Source of the DNA: Octopus vulgaris
Taxonomy: Eukaryota
DNA: 64,000 nt
Assembly (NCBI GenBank): GCA_951406725.2
Contig: OX597822.1
Span: 87,730,001 to 87,794,000, forward strand
Direction: 5' to 3'
The translations under genes and the position numbers were made by a program. The notes under the pieces are model-generated. The model was not told the DNA's origin and made no database searches. It saw only the letters and a program-made list of their open reading frames with translations. The stretch's first letter is position 1, and every line of letters begins with the position of its first letter. Shown piece after piece: positions 1 through 12,092 of this stretch.

Positions 1-70
1 ATTATTACAAATTTAGTTATATATATATATATCAATCTAGCAGCATATCTATACCTAAGCCTAAGTACTC

Positions 71-260
71 ACGCACACACGCACACTCACACACACTCAC
101 ACATACATACATACATACATACACATACATACATACATACATACATACATACATACATACATACATACATACATACATACATACATACATACATACATAC
201 ATACATACATACATACATACATACATACATGCATGCATTCATGCATACATGCATGCATGT
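71..260. repeat. (ACAT)n/(AC)n microsatellite
   Basis: Directly visible tandem ACAT run; explains ORFs 32..238 and 87..323. Confidence 0.97.
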
Positions 261-1593
261 ACGCGTGTATACGTTTATGAAAAGCAGACCCTCTTTTTTC
301 CCTTCCATAAAAATTTTAAACATAGTTCACTGAAACTGTAAATAAACCGATGAAATATTTCCTCAAATGTGACAATTGTATTCAGTGCCATGATTAGATA
401 GTCCAGTTTCTAAGTCTTGTGACAACTGGTCCAAATAGCAAAGAGGATTATGGTTTCAAATCTACTTCAATTGTACCTCTTTTTACTGGGGTTGATATAT
501 TATATATATGCTGATGTTATTTAACCTGAAGGTCATCCTGAACAAACAGATCTTTTGATTAAATGCATTCCAACTGTGACATTACCATCGTTTCCTTTTT
601 TTTTTTTTCTACCACAGGCTCTATTTTTGAAGTTCATATTAGTTTGTTAAGATCTTAAGTAATCACAGAAGTATTGAACACTAGTCTATAATAGTGTATG
701 TTTAATTAGATAAGTATAGGGAGAGTGAATTTTAGCATTTCAAACCAAAAATGGAATAAATGAGCTCTGACTTAATTAGAAGGGGAAATATTTAGTCATG
801 CAATAGCTGTAGATAGCAAATTGGACAAAAATAATTTTTGGACAAATCAAGAGGTCTTTCTGCAAGTTATTGCTTATATTCCAAAAGTAATTAAACTCAC
901 ATTGGATAGATTTTGTCAAGAGATTGAACCAAAGGATTTTAAATGGATTGTCATGAAACTATTCAATCTCTGCTGCATATGTTAAGTCATGTATTTAATA
1001 GTGCTAAACTAATGATGAATATTTGAAATGCCTCATTTTTTCTTTCTTTGTAAATATTGTTGTAATATATGATCCTCAGTTCTTATATCTTTCAAGTCAA
1101 TATTATTCCATCCCTCTCCCCCAAAAATGAAATGAGTAATCAGTTTACAAAAATTTAGAGAGCTATTTTTTTTATTTATAATTCTCTTTGAAAGCTTTTA
1201 CAAATTGGATTAAAGCCACTGAATTGATGTCAACTCTTGTTGACTTTGAGCATCTGTAGAGTTTCCTGATGAAGAATACACTAAAGAGATATACCTGATT
1301 GCATGCTCCTGGCCCAAATAAGAGCTTCAATTTTGTCCTTCAAACTTATGAGCACCTTGTTAATCATTCAGTTCTCCTGTTTGCAAAGGATAATCAACAT
1401 CTAACCATAGAAACACAACATTGTTGCTGTTAATACAAGGTGTCAAAACTATGTAACTAGATTCTGGATATATCATCATCCCTATGGCAGTGTTGCTTAA
1501 CTGGACTACATTCTAACTAATGAGAAATGGATTAATACTATCAAAAGCTCATGTGCATATTTTTGAATGTGTTAAATTGGACAACAGAATTCA

Positions 1594-2932
1594 TACAAGG
1601 GTCAGCAGAAAAGTTCATATGCTGCGACCAAATGTTTTGTTTTTTTTCAACATAGACCCCCCTTGCAGTCTACATAATTCTTCCATTGGTGTTGCAGTGT
1701 TTGGATTCCATTAGTGAAGAAGCTTTCATCCTGTTAGTAAAAAAAAGAACCATCATCAACAGATATGACATCATCATCACTAATACTGGTTCCCAACCAA
1801 GTGTTTTTTGTTTTTCATGTTGGGAAACAGATGATAGTCAGATGGGGTTAAATCAGGAGAATATGGATGGTGATCAACCAGTTCAAAGCCCTGGTCATGC
1901 ACAGCAGCCATTGAAACCAAAGGACTTGTTTGCTTGAGCATTTTCCTAATGAAACAAGATTCCGCTCATCAGTTCTCCTGAATATTTGGTCTTTATAGCG
2001 TTTTGTATCTGCCTCAGCAAGTTGGCATAGTCATGTCTAGTTCATTGTGCAGAATATTCTCAACTCTCTCAATTGATATGCTAGTAGCATTGGTTATTTG
2101 ATTTATAGTCAGTTGCCTGTCGTCCATCACCATATGGTGAATATGATCAATGTTTTCCTCAGTGGTGGCAGTTTCAGGATATCCAGATACCAGAAGTCTC
2201 CTTTCTTTCCTTATACTGGCTTGCAAAATTTTTTTCGCACGAGAGTTCCGGACCCCAGTAATCTCTCCCCATGACAGGAAAGCTCTTCCCTTTGACCGGA
2301 TATCTCTTCTCATATACCAGAAGTCTCCTTTCTTTCCTTATACTGCCTTGCAATATTATTGCCCACAAGAGTTCTGGACCCCAGTAATCTCTCTCCTTGA
2401 CATGAAAGCTCTTCCCTTTGACACAATGTTTCTTTTCATATACCTTATACTCTCAAAATTTTTATCCCACTAGAGTTCCGGACTCCAGTAATCTCTCCCC
2501 TTGACAGGAAAGCTCTTCCCTTTCACCGGAAATCTCTTTTCATATACCAGAAGTCTCCTTTCTTTCCTTGTACTGGCTCGTAAAATTTTTCCCACGAGAG
2601 TTCCGGTCCTCAGTAATCTCTCCCTTTGACAGGAAAGCTCATTTTCAACACTCTCCATGCATCACTTAAATTCAGTTGCCTACGTTTGCACAGTTGATGA
2701 AATTTTAACATCATCCCATTATATAGTAACCCTTTTTGTGCAGATACTTGATAATACCCCAATGTCAAATTTTGTCCATTTTAAAGAGAAGTCATTACTT
2801 GTTTCTTTTGAAGACTGAAAAGAAACAATACAGTTATTACGAAGAAGGGCTGAAATTAATGCATGCAAGATTTCCCAATTGTAGCATTACTCATTCATAG
2901 TCAACCTTTGAACTTTTTAACCCGCCCATATA
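1594..2932 (-). mobile_element. Degraded mariner (Tc1/mariner) DNA transposon, internally deleted and interrupted by a tandem repeat
   Basis: TA-flanked imperfect TIRs (TAcaagggtcagcagaaaagttca / tgaactttttaacccgcccataTA). The minus strand reads MESVENE..SGYPETATTEENIDHIHHMVMDDRQLT..VENILHNELDM, matching the mariner HTH region. Confidence 0.8.
2187..2640. repeat. ~127-bp tandem repeat (about 3.7 units) inserted in the mariner
   Basis: Unit ataccagaagtctcctttctttcc...gagttccggaccccagtaatctctc...gacaggaaagctcttcccttt recurs at ~2187, 2314, 2439 (internally deleted) and 2544. Confidence 0.9.
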
Positions 2933-2959
2933 CAAATGCCAAATAAGTTACTACAAAAA

Positions 2960-3735
2960 CAAGGTACTATTCAGAGTTCCTATGAAACAAATCAGCTGCA
3001 GGAAAATAGTTGGAGATGCTAACACATACAAGGAGTTTACAGTTGCTGTATGTACAGCACACAACAGGTTCAGTACTCTTTGTGACAGGCTCAAGGACAA
3101 GAATAGCAGTGCTATACATGATGCCCTAACCGCTGCAATAGAGATATAGCCTGGGAGAATCATCAATTTAAGGCAACTAAGAATGCAACTAGAGCTGCAT
3201 GTGATGAAGCACACATCAAGGCTAGAGTTGAGAACTTCCACAATAAAAACAAGCATTCAACTGCCTAGGCAGCTGTGAGAGAACTTACAAACAAGAGAAC
3301 CTCCCCAGTGATCTGACCACCAACTAAACGTCTGGTTTTTGTAAATCAGACACTTTCATGGTAAAATAGAGCTATGTAACAGTGAACTACATAAAAAGTT
3401 TTCCTTCAACCACAAAGTAGCAGATAGCCTCTTGATCTGGACTGACCCGTTTTTTTAAAGAAGAGGTTCAAAAATGCATCGAGAAGTTAAGAAACAACAC
3501 ACTAGATAACATCCAGCTTTCATCTGGAAGAGGTCACTTTCTCACAAACATCTGTTGGACTTCTGTAATGAGACCTATAAAGGAAACAAACCAGCAGCCT
3601 ATTCAACTCCCAATTACTCCATTTTCAAGGAAAGGCAATTTTTATCTGCCTCTGAACTACAGAGGAATTATACTTTGAGTTCTAACTTCAAAGATCTACA
3701 ACTTGATTGCCCTTCATATGAATCTTCTCATACAA
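2960..3735 (+). mobile_element. Highly degraded LINE ORF2 remnant (start of RT)
   Basis: Fragments DNIPAFIWK, LLDFCNETYKGNKP, RKGN..LPLNYRGI resemble the non-LTR RT domain 0-1 KKGD..NYRGI motif; many stops and frameshifts. Confidence 0.6.
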
Positions 3736-3764
3736 CTGAACCAAAACAGCTTTGTAAAAAAGCA

Positions 3765-3996
3765 ATGGTGCTGGTGCCATATAAAAAGTACTGGTGATGG
3801 TGCTACTTAAAAAGCATTAAGGACCCTCTGTGGAGTGGTTGGTATTAGGAAGGGGATACAGCCATTGAAATTAAGTGAAAAGAGAGTATGGAACCTGGTG
3901 CAGCCCCTGGCCTTGCCAGTTCCTGTCAAGCAAGTCATCCAACCCATGTCCACAGGGAAAATAGATGTTAAATGTTGGTGATGATGATGATGATGA
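3765..3996 (+). mobile_element. RTE-type 3' UTR fragment with (GAT)n tail
   Basis: aaaaagca..gtggttggtattaggaagggg...catccaacccatg...gttaaatg(GAT)n; same 3' end as the RTE copies at 11.9-13.3 kb. Confidence 0.75.
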
Positions 3997-4096
3997 GGTG
4001 ATTTCTTTTGTGTTGTAAACCATTAACCATTTCTGTGGTGGTCCCCTTCTTTTGATGCCTGAGGCAGATGGTTAATGGTTAATTCAGTGTTGGATG

Positions 4097-4203
4097 AAAG
4101 GCAAAGTCAACCTTAACACGATTTGAACTCAGAACATAAAGATAGATGAAATACCACTAAGCATTTTATCTGGTGTGCTAACAATTTTGCTAGCTTGCTG
4201 CTC
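4097..4203 (-). mobile_element. tRNA-derived SINE head fragment
   Basis: Reverse complement has A-box-like tagcaaaattgttagc and B-box-like gagttcaaatc; related fragments at ~42910-42990 and ~44150-44220. Confidence 0.6.
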
Positions 4204-4389
4204 AAGAAGAAGAAGAAGAAGAAGAAGAAGAAGAAGAAGAAGAAGAAGAAGAAGAAGAAGAAGAAGAAGAAGAAGAAGAAGAAGAAGAAGAAGAAGAAGA
4301 AGAAGAAGAAGAAGAAGAAGAAGAAGAAGAAGAAGAAGAAGAAGAAGAAGAAGAAGAAGAAGAAGAAGAAGAAGAAGAAGAAGAAGAAG

Positions 4390-4419
<30 letters not shown>
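4204..4419. repeat. Pure (AAG)n microsatellite, ~72 units
   Basis: Directly visible; source of the poly-R and poly-K ORFs. Confidence 0.99.
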
Positions 4420-4422
<3 letters not shown>

Positions 4423-4427
4423 TTCTA

Positions 4428-4605
4428 GTACATTATTTACATTTGACGGATATTTGTCCTCATCTTGTTTGTTGTTAACACAACGTTTCAGCTGATATAT
4501 CCTCCAGCCTTCATCTGAAACGTGTTAACAACAAACAAGATAAGGACAAATATTTGTCAAATGTAAATAATGTACATAATTCCTCATCTCTCAAATTTAG
4601 AAGTG
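4428..4605. mobile_element. Palindromic PLE-like terminal fragment with a truncated hammerhead
   Basis: ~62-bp inverted arms 4428-4491 and 4515-4575. Minus strand reads caGATGA-a-ggctg..cagct-GAAA-cg-TT. Confidence 0.65.
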
Positions 4606-5735
4606 AAATAATTGTAGTTCATGACAATGACGATGATATAAATAAAAATGTGAAAGAACAGTCCGTGTGTTAAATTATAAGTGGTACTAAGAAAATTTAG
4701 ATAAGGAACAATGGATCTCAATACCCAAGTCATGGACAAATAATATTTTAAATCCTCTATTATAGATTTTCAGATAATCCAAGATGGTCAAATAAATAAG
4801 TGTCATATCTCTAGCGCTGGGTTTCTGAGGAAAGACTTAATTTCCAATGGTTAAATCCATCTTACTGAAAATATATATCATGTGTAATACATCTTTATGT
4901 TGTGTTTTATTATGAGTATGTTTATTGAGAAAGCTCTCTTGCACATCTTCCATCCTAAACTTTACATAGGATTTCATGGACTTCCAACTCAAAAGAGTAT
5001 TGGTATTATTATTGCTAGACTTCAGATCAGTTTACTTAAGCAGACCTAAAATCAAAAACATTCTAGCTATGACTAATTCATCTTTAAATCAAAGTTATCT
5101 GAGATTACGCTAATTAATGTCACTTATCTTTTTCAAAGATATTTGGCTGCTATTTCTAGTTGGTTCAGCAACTACATAGAAGTTCTATCTCATTTGTAGA
5201 AACAGGTATATAGCGATAATAACTACCAAAGGTAGATTTAGCCACATTCAAGATGAAGCATTATGGGAGTGATGACTTAACAAATACAGATGGCGATTAT
5301 TATATAAGCACCTGAAATTACAGTAATGCTGATTTTTAGCCCCAGGTCAACCATGATTGAACAGCCCCTTAAGCAAAATTTTTTCAAGCTGTGACCATCT
5401 GCTTTTTCTTGAGGCCAGACATTTGACTGAGCTGACAAATGGATAAATGGACATTTGGCCAAACGAAATTTTTAATTGTTTATTTTTATTTCTAATTTGG
5501 AAAAAAAAAAGATGGGGGGACAAATAGGATAAAAAGATAAAATCACTGCATATAAGTTTTTGGCAAATATACTGAAGGATAAAAAAATATTAATTTTAAT
5601 GTAATTGTTTTACTCAACTTTTATTCAAGCTATTTAGCCATGCCGAAACCAAACCAAAGTTAACTAGCTTGTGTAGACACTAGTTCAGTCACTATTCAGA
5701 AGATGTAAAGTGTTGCGAAGTGAATGTGCTTTACA

Positions 5736-6096
5736 TTTATTACCACTGTCTTAGCGAAGGCGGAGGTATTGTTTTCAGTCATGTTTGTTTGTTTGTTTGT
5801 CCGGAGACAAGATATCTCAAGAACCATTGGATGGATTCAGATGAAACTTTCAGGAATGTTTGGCCTCATTACTGGCATGAACTGATTAGATTTTGGGGCA
5901 AGGATTCGGGATTATTTTTCTGGGTTTTTTTAATTTAATTTTTGAGAGCAGTCAGATTCATTTTTAGCATTCTTGTTTGTGAAAGCAGTGAAATTTATTT
6001 CAGGTATTCTCATTTTAAAAATCATCTCTGGCTAATCATTGAGAGGATGTTAGTGTTGCCTTGATGGAGGTTTGCACTCTCTGAGTGCTCTTGTTT
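5736..6096 (+). mobile_element. Helentron-associated non-autonomous element (HINE/DINE-1-like)
   Basis: 5' ttattaccactgtc..ggcggaggta subterminal IR, (GTTT)n microsatellite, 3' ggaggt followed by hairpin gcactc-tct-gagtgc (6074-6088), T-rich flanks. Confidence 0.75.
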
Positions 6097-6249
6097 ATAT
6101 TATTTTAGTTATAGTCTACATTTCATTCTTATTTTGTGATGTGTGTGTGTAATTACCGACATTACCTGAAAGTTCTTTTTGTAAATAATGGTTTGCTCTA
6201 TTGTGGTAGAAGTGATGCCGAAGATGAATTTTTTTAAAGTTTGTGGAAT

Positions 6250-7340
6250 TAATACCAACGACAAGAGGAAGAAGAAAGCTTTTGTTTGATGGCTACACAT
6301 ACATCATTGACAAATGAAACAGCATTGTAACATGTTGGTGACACAAACACAAAGGAAGTTGTGGGTGGGGTAGGGGAGTATAAAAACAGAAGATTATATT
6401 ATTCAAGGAGAAGCAAGTTATCATTCACATCCACCTGATGCTGGATACAACCTGTCCTTGAGAAAACAGTGCAGAAAATTAAAGAAAGATATGGACAGTC
6501 AGAAGAAGTGACATCGACAATTATACAAAACTGCTCCAGTGAAAACCCACTCGATGCTGCAGGTACTCTTCTCTAGAAAGAAACTCTGCCAATAACCGGG
6601 TACAGACAATGCTTGGCACTGGACAGGGATGCTTTCACTGATGACTTCTGGAAATCAACGAGGGAAGAAGACTTTGTCATCCATGAAAATGACAACCTGG
6701 TAATTCTAGCAATGCCTCGGAGCTTACATCTTGCTTCCAATGACAACTGGGTGATTCTGTGCCAGTAGGCTTTCAGTTATATACAATATATGTCATGTTG
6801 GGTGAGAACCATACAGTTCCCTTTTTATTCTGCATCACAAGGAACTAAAACCAAGCAACTTATGACTTGATTTTTAACACACTCAAGCAAGTGAGATCAG
6901 ATATTGATCCAGTTTCAATTACCATTGACTATGAAAGGACTGCTATTAATAGCATTACAGCATGTTTTCCAAATGCAAACATTTATGGAGTCTTCTTCCA
7001 TTTTGCCCAGTGCTTGTGGAGACAATTACAGAGCTTAGGACTACAGACTTGACATAATAATCCAAGGTATAATAATCCTCGGACAACAAATCCTCTGGAA
7101 GAGAGGCACAGAGGGTTTAATCAGAGACTGCCAATCAGTCGTTTCACCAATTGCTGTCTGGTTTCAAAACTAAAAAAGTGAGCAGTCTGACTGGGAGTTG
7201 AGGATTGAGCAGGTAGCAGCAGGTGTGGATTTGAGGAAACTAAAGAATTACCAAATCTTAAACTCAAGACTGAAGTCTGTCATTGAGAAATATGAAGGAT
7301 ACACCAGAACCGATTTCTTAATTGCCAACAATCTTTAAAT
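6250..7340 (+). pseudogene. MULE transposase pseudogene
   Basis: TTRGRRKLLFDGYTY (FLYWCH-like), HSHPPD, PVSITIDYERTAINSITACFPNANIYGVFFHFAQCLWRQLQSLGL (MULE catalytic domain) and RTTNPLEERHRGFN; interrupted by stops and frameshifts. Confidence 0.85.
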
Positions 7341-10026
7341 CATTGTTTTCGTTTTTATCTCTTTTTTTGTTTTGTTAACAGAGCAATTACGATATAATTA
7401 AAATAAATACAATATAATATCTTTTATCATTTATTAAATATATATATATATGTTTGTATTATCCAAAGATATTTTTTATCCTTTTTATCCATTGTTGTTT
7501 ATACAATATTTTAGTAAAACAATACATTAAAATTAATATTTTTTATTCTTCAGTAAATTTACCAAAAACTTATATGCAATAATTTTATCATTTTATCTTA
7601 TTTATCCCTTTTTTCAAATTAGAAATAAAAATAAACAAGTGAAAATTCCATTTGGCTAAATGTTTGTTTATCCAAATGTCCACTCAGCCAAATGTCTGTT
7701 GGTCAAATGTCCATTGATGAAATGTCTATCGGTCAAATGTCCACTTGGTCATATGTTTGCACAACCAAATGTCCATTGGTCAAATGTCCAGGAACTGTTT
7801 TTTTCTTCAGGCCTAGTGTATCTAGAACGACATTATCCAATATGTCCTATGTATTTTAAGATGGTAAAGCATTATTTTGAAAGAGATTCAGCTGTTATTA
7901 GTGGCAGAAAAGTAACCATTAGAGGTACACTAAATAGCTCGTGGGAAGTAGAGATGAATTTAAATGTTAGAACTATAATATGTATTCAGGCTATAATGTA
8001 TGTTAGGTCTATAATACCATTCAAACTTGATGGATTAAATATGTTCTGGGATTTCAAACTTTATAGTGGTAGATACAGGTATGTTAAAGGGGAGGCAAAG
8101 ATGAGGCAAGATAACAGGTATGCAATGAGGAACAAAGATAACATGAGATAAATGGTATATAAGAAGAAAAGGAATTTAGATTAGGTGGCAAGTAGACAAA
8201 AAGTTAATGAGAATCAGAGTCAAGCTTATGTATTTTAACAGATCAACAATCTTTCAAGGAACCTTTTCAACCATGAGAAATAAGCAGTAATAGTTTTACA
8301 AATCTGATTGACTACATAATAAGAATACAATTAAAATAATGTAAATAGAAAGCATCATGAGTAACAGAGGTTGAAATCATGATTTTAAGGTGAGTAATGT
8401 ATAACTAATTAAGTAAACTTTGCACACTCAAAAAGTTTTACTATTCAAAAAAGAATTCTAATTTGGTAGTTTGGCTCAGAGTTATAGGGAGTAAGTAATT
8501 CATGAGCATACAGATTAAAAGTTAAACTCTAGCTCCAAAGTCAGTATATCAGAGTTATCTGTCTTGCTTTTCTTAAAAAAATTATGATTAATATTAATGC
8601 ATTTTTTTCCTCTTCATTACATGTATAATTCTAAAAGACCAAACATCTTTTTCTTTCTTGCTTGCTACATTTAGTATATTATCCTCCACTTAAGTATCTG
8701 TACCATAAGTTTGTTTAAGCTGAACTGAATTTAACTGAACAATAATTTGTTATATCTAATTTAATTACAATGTACACATCAAGAATAATTGGCTGAAACA
8801 TCTTTCAAAAACAACACCAAGTTTAAAGGATCCATTTTAGTGCACTTTTATGGATTCAATATCTCTTGTGAGTTCTTCTGGAGCATTTGTGATTTTAAAG
8901 TTTAGCATTATCAAATCCTATCAAGATATAGCTTTCTCTTTAAAGAAGCAATTCATCTCTTCAGATTAAGTTTGTTCAGTTTGATTATTTCATGAAAACA
9001 AAACAAACCTGGCCTGAAGAAATACAAGATAATCAACTACATTGGTTTGGTTATGTAATACAAATGGATAATGTTTACTGCAAGCAAAATATTGAGTCGA
9101 TGTTATAATATATTTGCATTAGATACATAAAAAAAAATCTAAAAAACAACAGCTAGGACATATTTCAGATCAATAAACCTCATTTTACTGAAAATCTTTT
9201 ATCTTTAGAATATTACTATCTTGTATTGTCTTTCTGTATATTCAACAACTTTACTCATCAGAATTTTCTAAATGTATAGTTGTATTCTCTTTATTACTTG
9301 TGCAGTGATTTTTCCTTCTAAACATACATTTCATTGCAAAGACTGCTGTCCTGGAGAACTCTCTTCTCTCTCATATATTACAATATAGTAACTTGTAAAT
9401 GCTCACATTCCAAGTTCACAACACCAAAAGGTCTTTCTCTTAAACTTTTCGCTATTTTCTTCGTCATTAACTTACAAAATATTTTATTCTGACAAATACA
9501 CTCAAATAGTTTTCTAAGGTGTGTTTAGTTTGATAGTAAATGACAGGTATGTAACAAGAATAACTACAAAAGATAGGTGCAACAAAATAATCTACATTTT
9601 TTTCACTATAGCTATTATTCTAAAATAGTTTACATTCTTTTATGATATCAATATGTCTTAGTCAATAAAGTAACTTCTTTTTGACCTAGAAAATGAATTA
9701 GTTTATTCTCAGTTTTACATCAACATTCTTGTTTAATTCCTGCAGACACAGATTAACAGAGGAGTAAAAATGGTAAATGGAGATTTTCATGACTCTCTCA
9801 TGAGTATTATCTTTTATCTTTTACTTGTTTCAGTATTGGAGTTGTAAATAAAGTAGATTCAATTAGAATGGGAGCTTGATCATGAATTTCGTTTGTTAAG
9901 AAGGTAAACGTAATCTATACAATTCTCAGCAAATACTCCATGAACTCACATCTTTACCAACCAGCAGACTTGGTTCAACTATACGATGCTGAGAAGGTCA
10001 TATAGACCAAAATAGTAATCTCTTAC

Positions 10027-10110
10027 CTGCAAAGATAAGATGATTCTTTTTCCAAAACATGCAAATTACTTTGTAAACTAATTGTTACTTTCTTGGAATT
10101 ATTTCTTTCT
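10027..10110 (-). other. Candidate 84-nt exon (gene unidentified, possibly pseudo or non-coding)
   Basis: Acceptor attttcttcttAG, donor cag|GTaaga; one open frame ERNNSKKVTISLQSNLHVLEKESSYLC. No homology recognised. Confidence 0.3.
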
Positions 10111-10594
10111 CTAAGAAGAAAATTTTAATTAATTAAGAATTTTTGCATTTAGCATTCAACATATCCTCTTTAACTTAATTATCCAAATTCATACCAATAG
10201 TTCATTTTTCACCCTGAATCTTCCAACAGGCATAGGGAAGATGGAAGGCTGCTGTTTTGTAACATCTTGTATTTTCAAGTTGTTATGCAGTTAATCACAG
10301 CTGTGGGCAAGTCAATAGAGTGTCAATATACTTGCTGAAAAATCAATATGTTATGAGTTATTCACATATTGAAAAAAATGGATATATTTTATCACACTCA
10401 GATATGGAGAAACAAGTTTCCACTGCAGGCAACTGGAGGACTATAATTGACAGGTGTGTTTGGTTGTTGTTGTTTATCTCTAGGACAGTGTGACTAAGCA
10501 GATCTACAACTGAACGATGTTCCAGCTGTGACCATGCAATCCTTTATTTAGAGATAATGTTTTCAGTCCTATATTACTTCATATTGATTTTAAC

Positions 10595-11240
10595 ATGGCT
10601 GAGTGGTTTAGAAGCTACTTCAAAATCACAAAATTCCTGGGTTCCATCTCATTGCATAACATTTTAGACAAATGCTTTTACCATAGCCTCAGGGCAATCT
10701 AAACCTTATGAATTAAGTTGTGCAGGTAGTAAGAGCATAGAATCTCACTAGCTGGACTGTATCTGTAATTGAAAGGACCAATCTTGACACAGTATGTCTT
10801 GCTGACTCTACCTGAGCATTACATAAACAATGTGTCTGTGGAATACTCTGCCAGTTACACTTTAATTCAATTATTAAGAAGTTCTAATCACAAACCTCTG
10901 CAATATTTTATATTTTGCATTAAAACTACTTTTTTTCAAGGTGATAGAATGTTATTTGAGGAAAATTTGGTTGTTATTTCAAGCAGAGCAAATGACCAGA
11001 AATGGGCTCTCTTATTGACTTAGAATAGTATGCAATGCTAATCTCAAGTAGTCTTCTAATGAAGCTTATATAAAACTTATAATAAATTAGTATTATATCC
11101 ACACAGTTAAGAAAATTGCTTTGCAGCCAAATAGTTTCAGATTCAGTGTCACTATTTGGCAAGTGTCTTCTACTATAGTCTCAAGTTAATACTTTGTGAA
11201 TTAAATTTGATAGGTGGAAACTATATGGAATCCCATCATG
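10595..11240 (+). mobile_element. Two old degraded tRNA-SINE heads (10595-10750, 11100-11240)
   Basis: catggctgagtggtttagaag..gggttc and ttggcaagtgtcttctactatag..ttgtgaatt..ggaaact resemble the younger SINE copies at 15797 and 28181. Confidence 0.55.
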
Positions 11241-11254
11241 TATAAATAATATAT

Positions 11255-12074
11255 GAAGCTCTTTAGAGATAGTGGACAATTTAAGCTACCTTGGTGACCT
11301 AATTAGCTGTGAGGGTGGATGTACAGAAAGTGTAATCGCTTGAATAAGAATAGGACAGAGAAAATTCAGAGAGCTTTTACTTTTTTTGGCAACCAAAAGT
11401 TTTTCTCTCTTTCCATGTAAAAGGCAGATTGTATGATGCATGTATACAAATAACAATGCTACATGGTTGTGAGATGTGGGTCTTGAATGTAGAAGACATG
11501 CAAAGGCTACAGAGGAATAAAGCTAGTATGCTCTGCTAAATGTGCCATGTCAGTGTACATGTACAACAAAACATTAGTGTTTTGAGGGAAAAGTTGGGCT
11601 TAATTAAGAAGAATTATATGCAGTGTGCAAGAGAGAAGACTGCACTGGTTTGGGCATGTGATGTGTATGGATGTAGACAGTTGCATACAGAAGTGCTGAT
11701 CTCTTAAAGTGGATGGAACTTGTGGAAGAGGGAGACCCACGAGGACACGAGATGAAGTATTGAAGGCCAATCATAAGACACTGAGCTAAGGACTGAGATA
11801 TCTGTCATGCTTTTACACTCAAGAAGACCTGTCAGCTACAGCAGAATTGATACTGGTGCTGGTGCCACATAAAAAGTACTTGTGCTGGTGCCATGTTAAA
11901 AGCACCAGTATACTCTATGGAGTGATTGGTATTAAGAAGGGCATCGAGCCATACAAACCATGCCAGAACAGACTCTGGAGCTTGGTGCAGCCCCTGGGCC
12001 TTATTGGCTCCAATCAAACTGTCTAAATCATGCCAACATGGAAAACAGATGTTAAATGATGATGAGGATGATGA
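11255..12074 (+). mobile_element. RTE-clade LINE 3' fragment
   Basis: YLGDLI..RIRIG..KFRE, LHGCEMW, RRLHWFGHV, GRGRP motifs, then 3' UTR and (GAT)n tail. Confidence 0.85.
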
Positions 12075-12092
12075 TTTTATATATATATATAT

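Larger units (their letters stand above)
5411..7797 (+). mobile_element. Mutator-like element (MULE) with long TIRs and a decayed FLYWCH+MULE transposase
   Basis: 5411-5614 is the inverted copy of 7512-7797. Candidate 9-bp TSD ctttttctt/ttttttctt. Right TIR carries ~15-bp ggtcaaatgtccatt repeats. Confidence 0.85.

Noticed and set aside
1267-1300. CTGATGA motif
   Set aside because: No stem II, GAAA or pairing partners nearby.
2187-2640. CRISPR-like repeat array
   Set aside because: Whole units repeat with no unique spacers, no cas genes are present, and the context is eukaryotic.
4175-4495. Poly-R/poly-K ORFs, and other YI, CV, HT, poly-D/G ORFs elsewhere
   Set aside because: Microsatellite translations.
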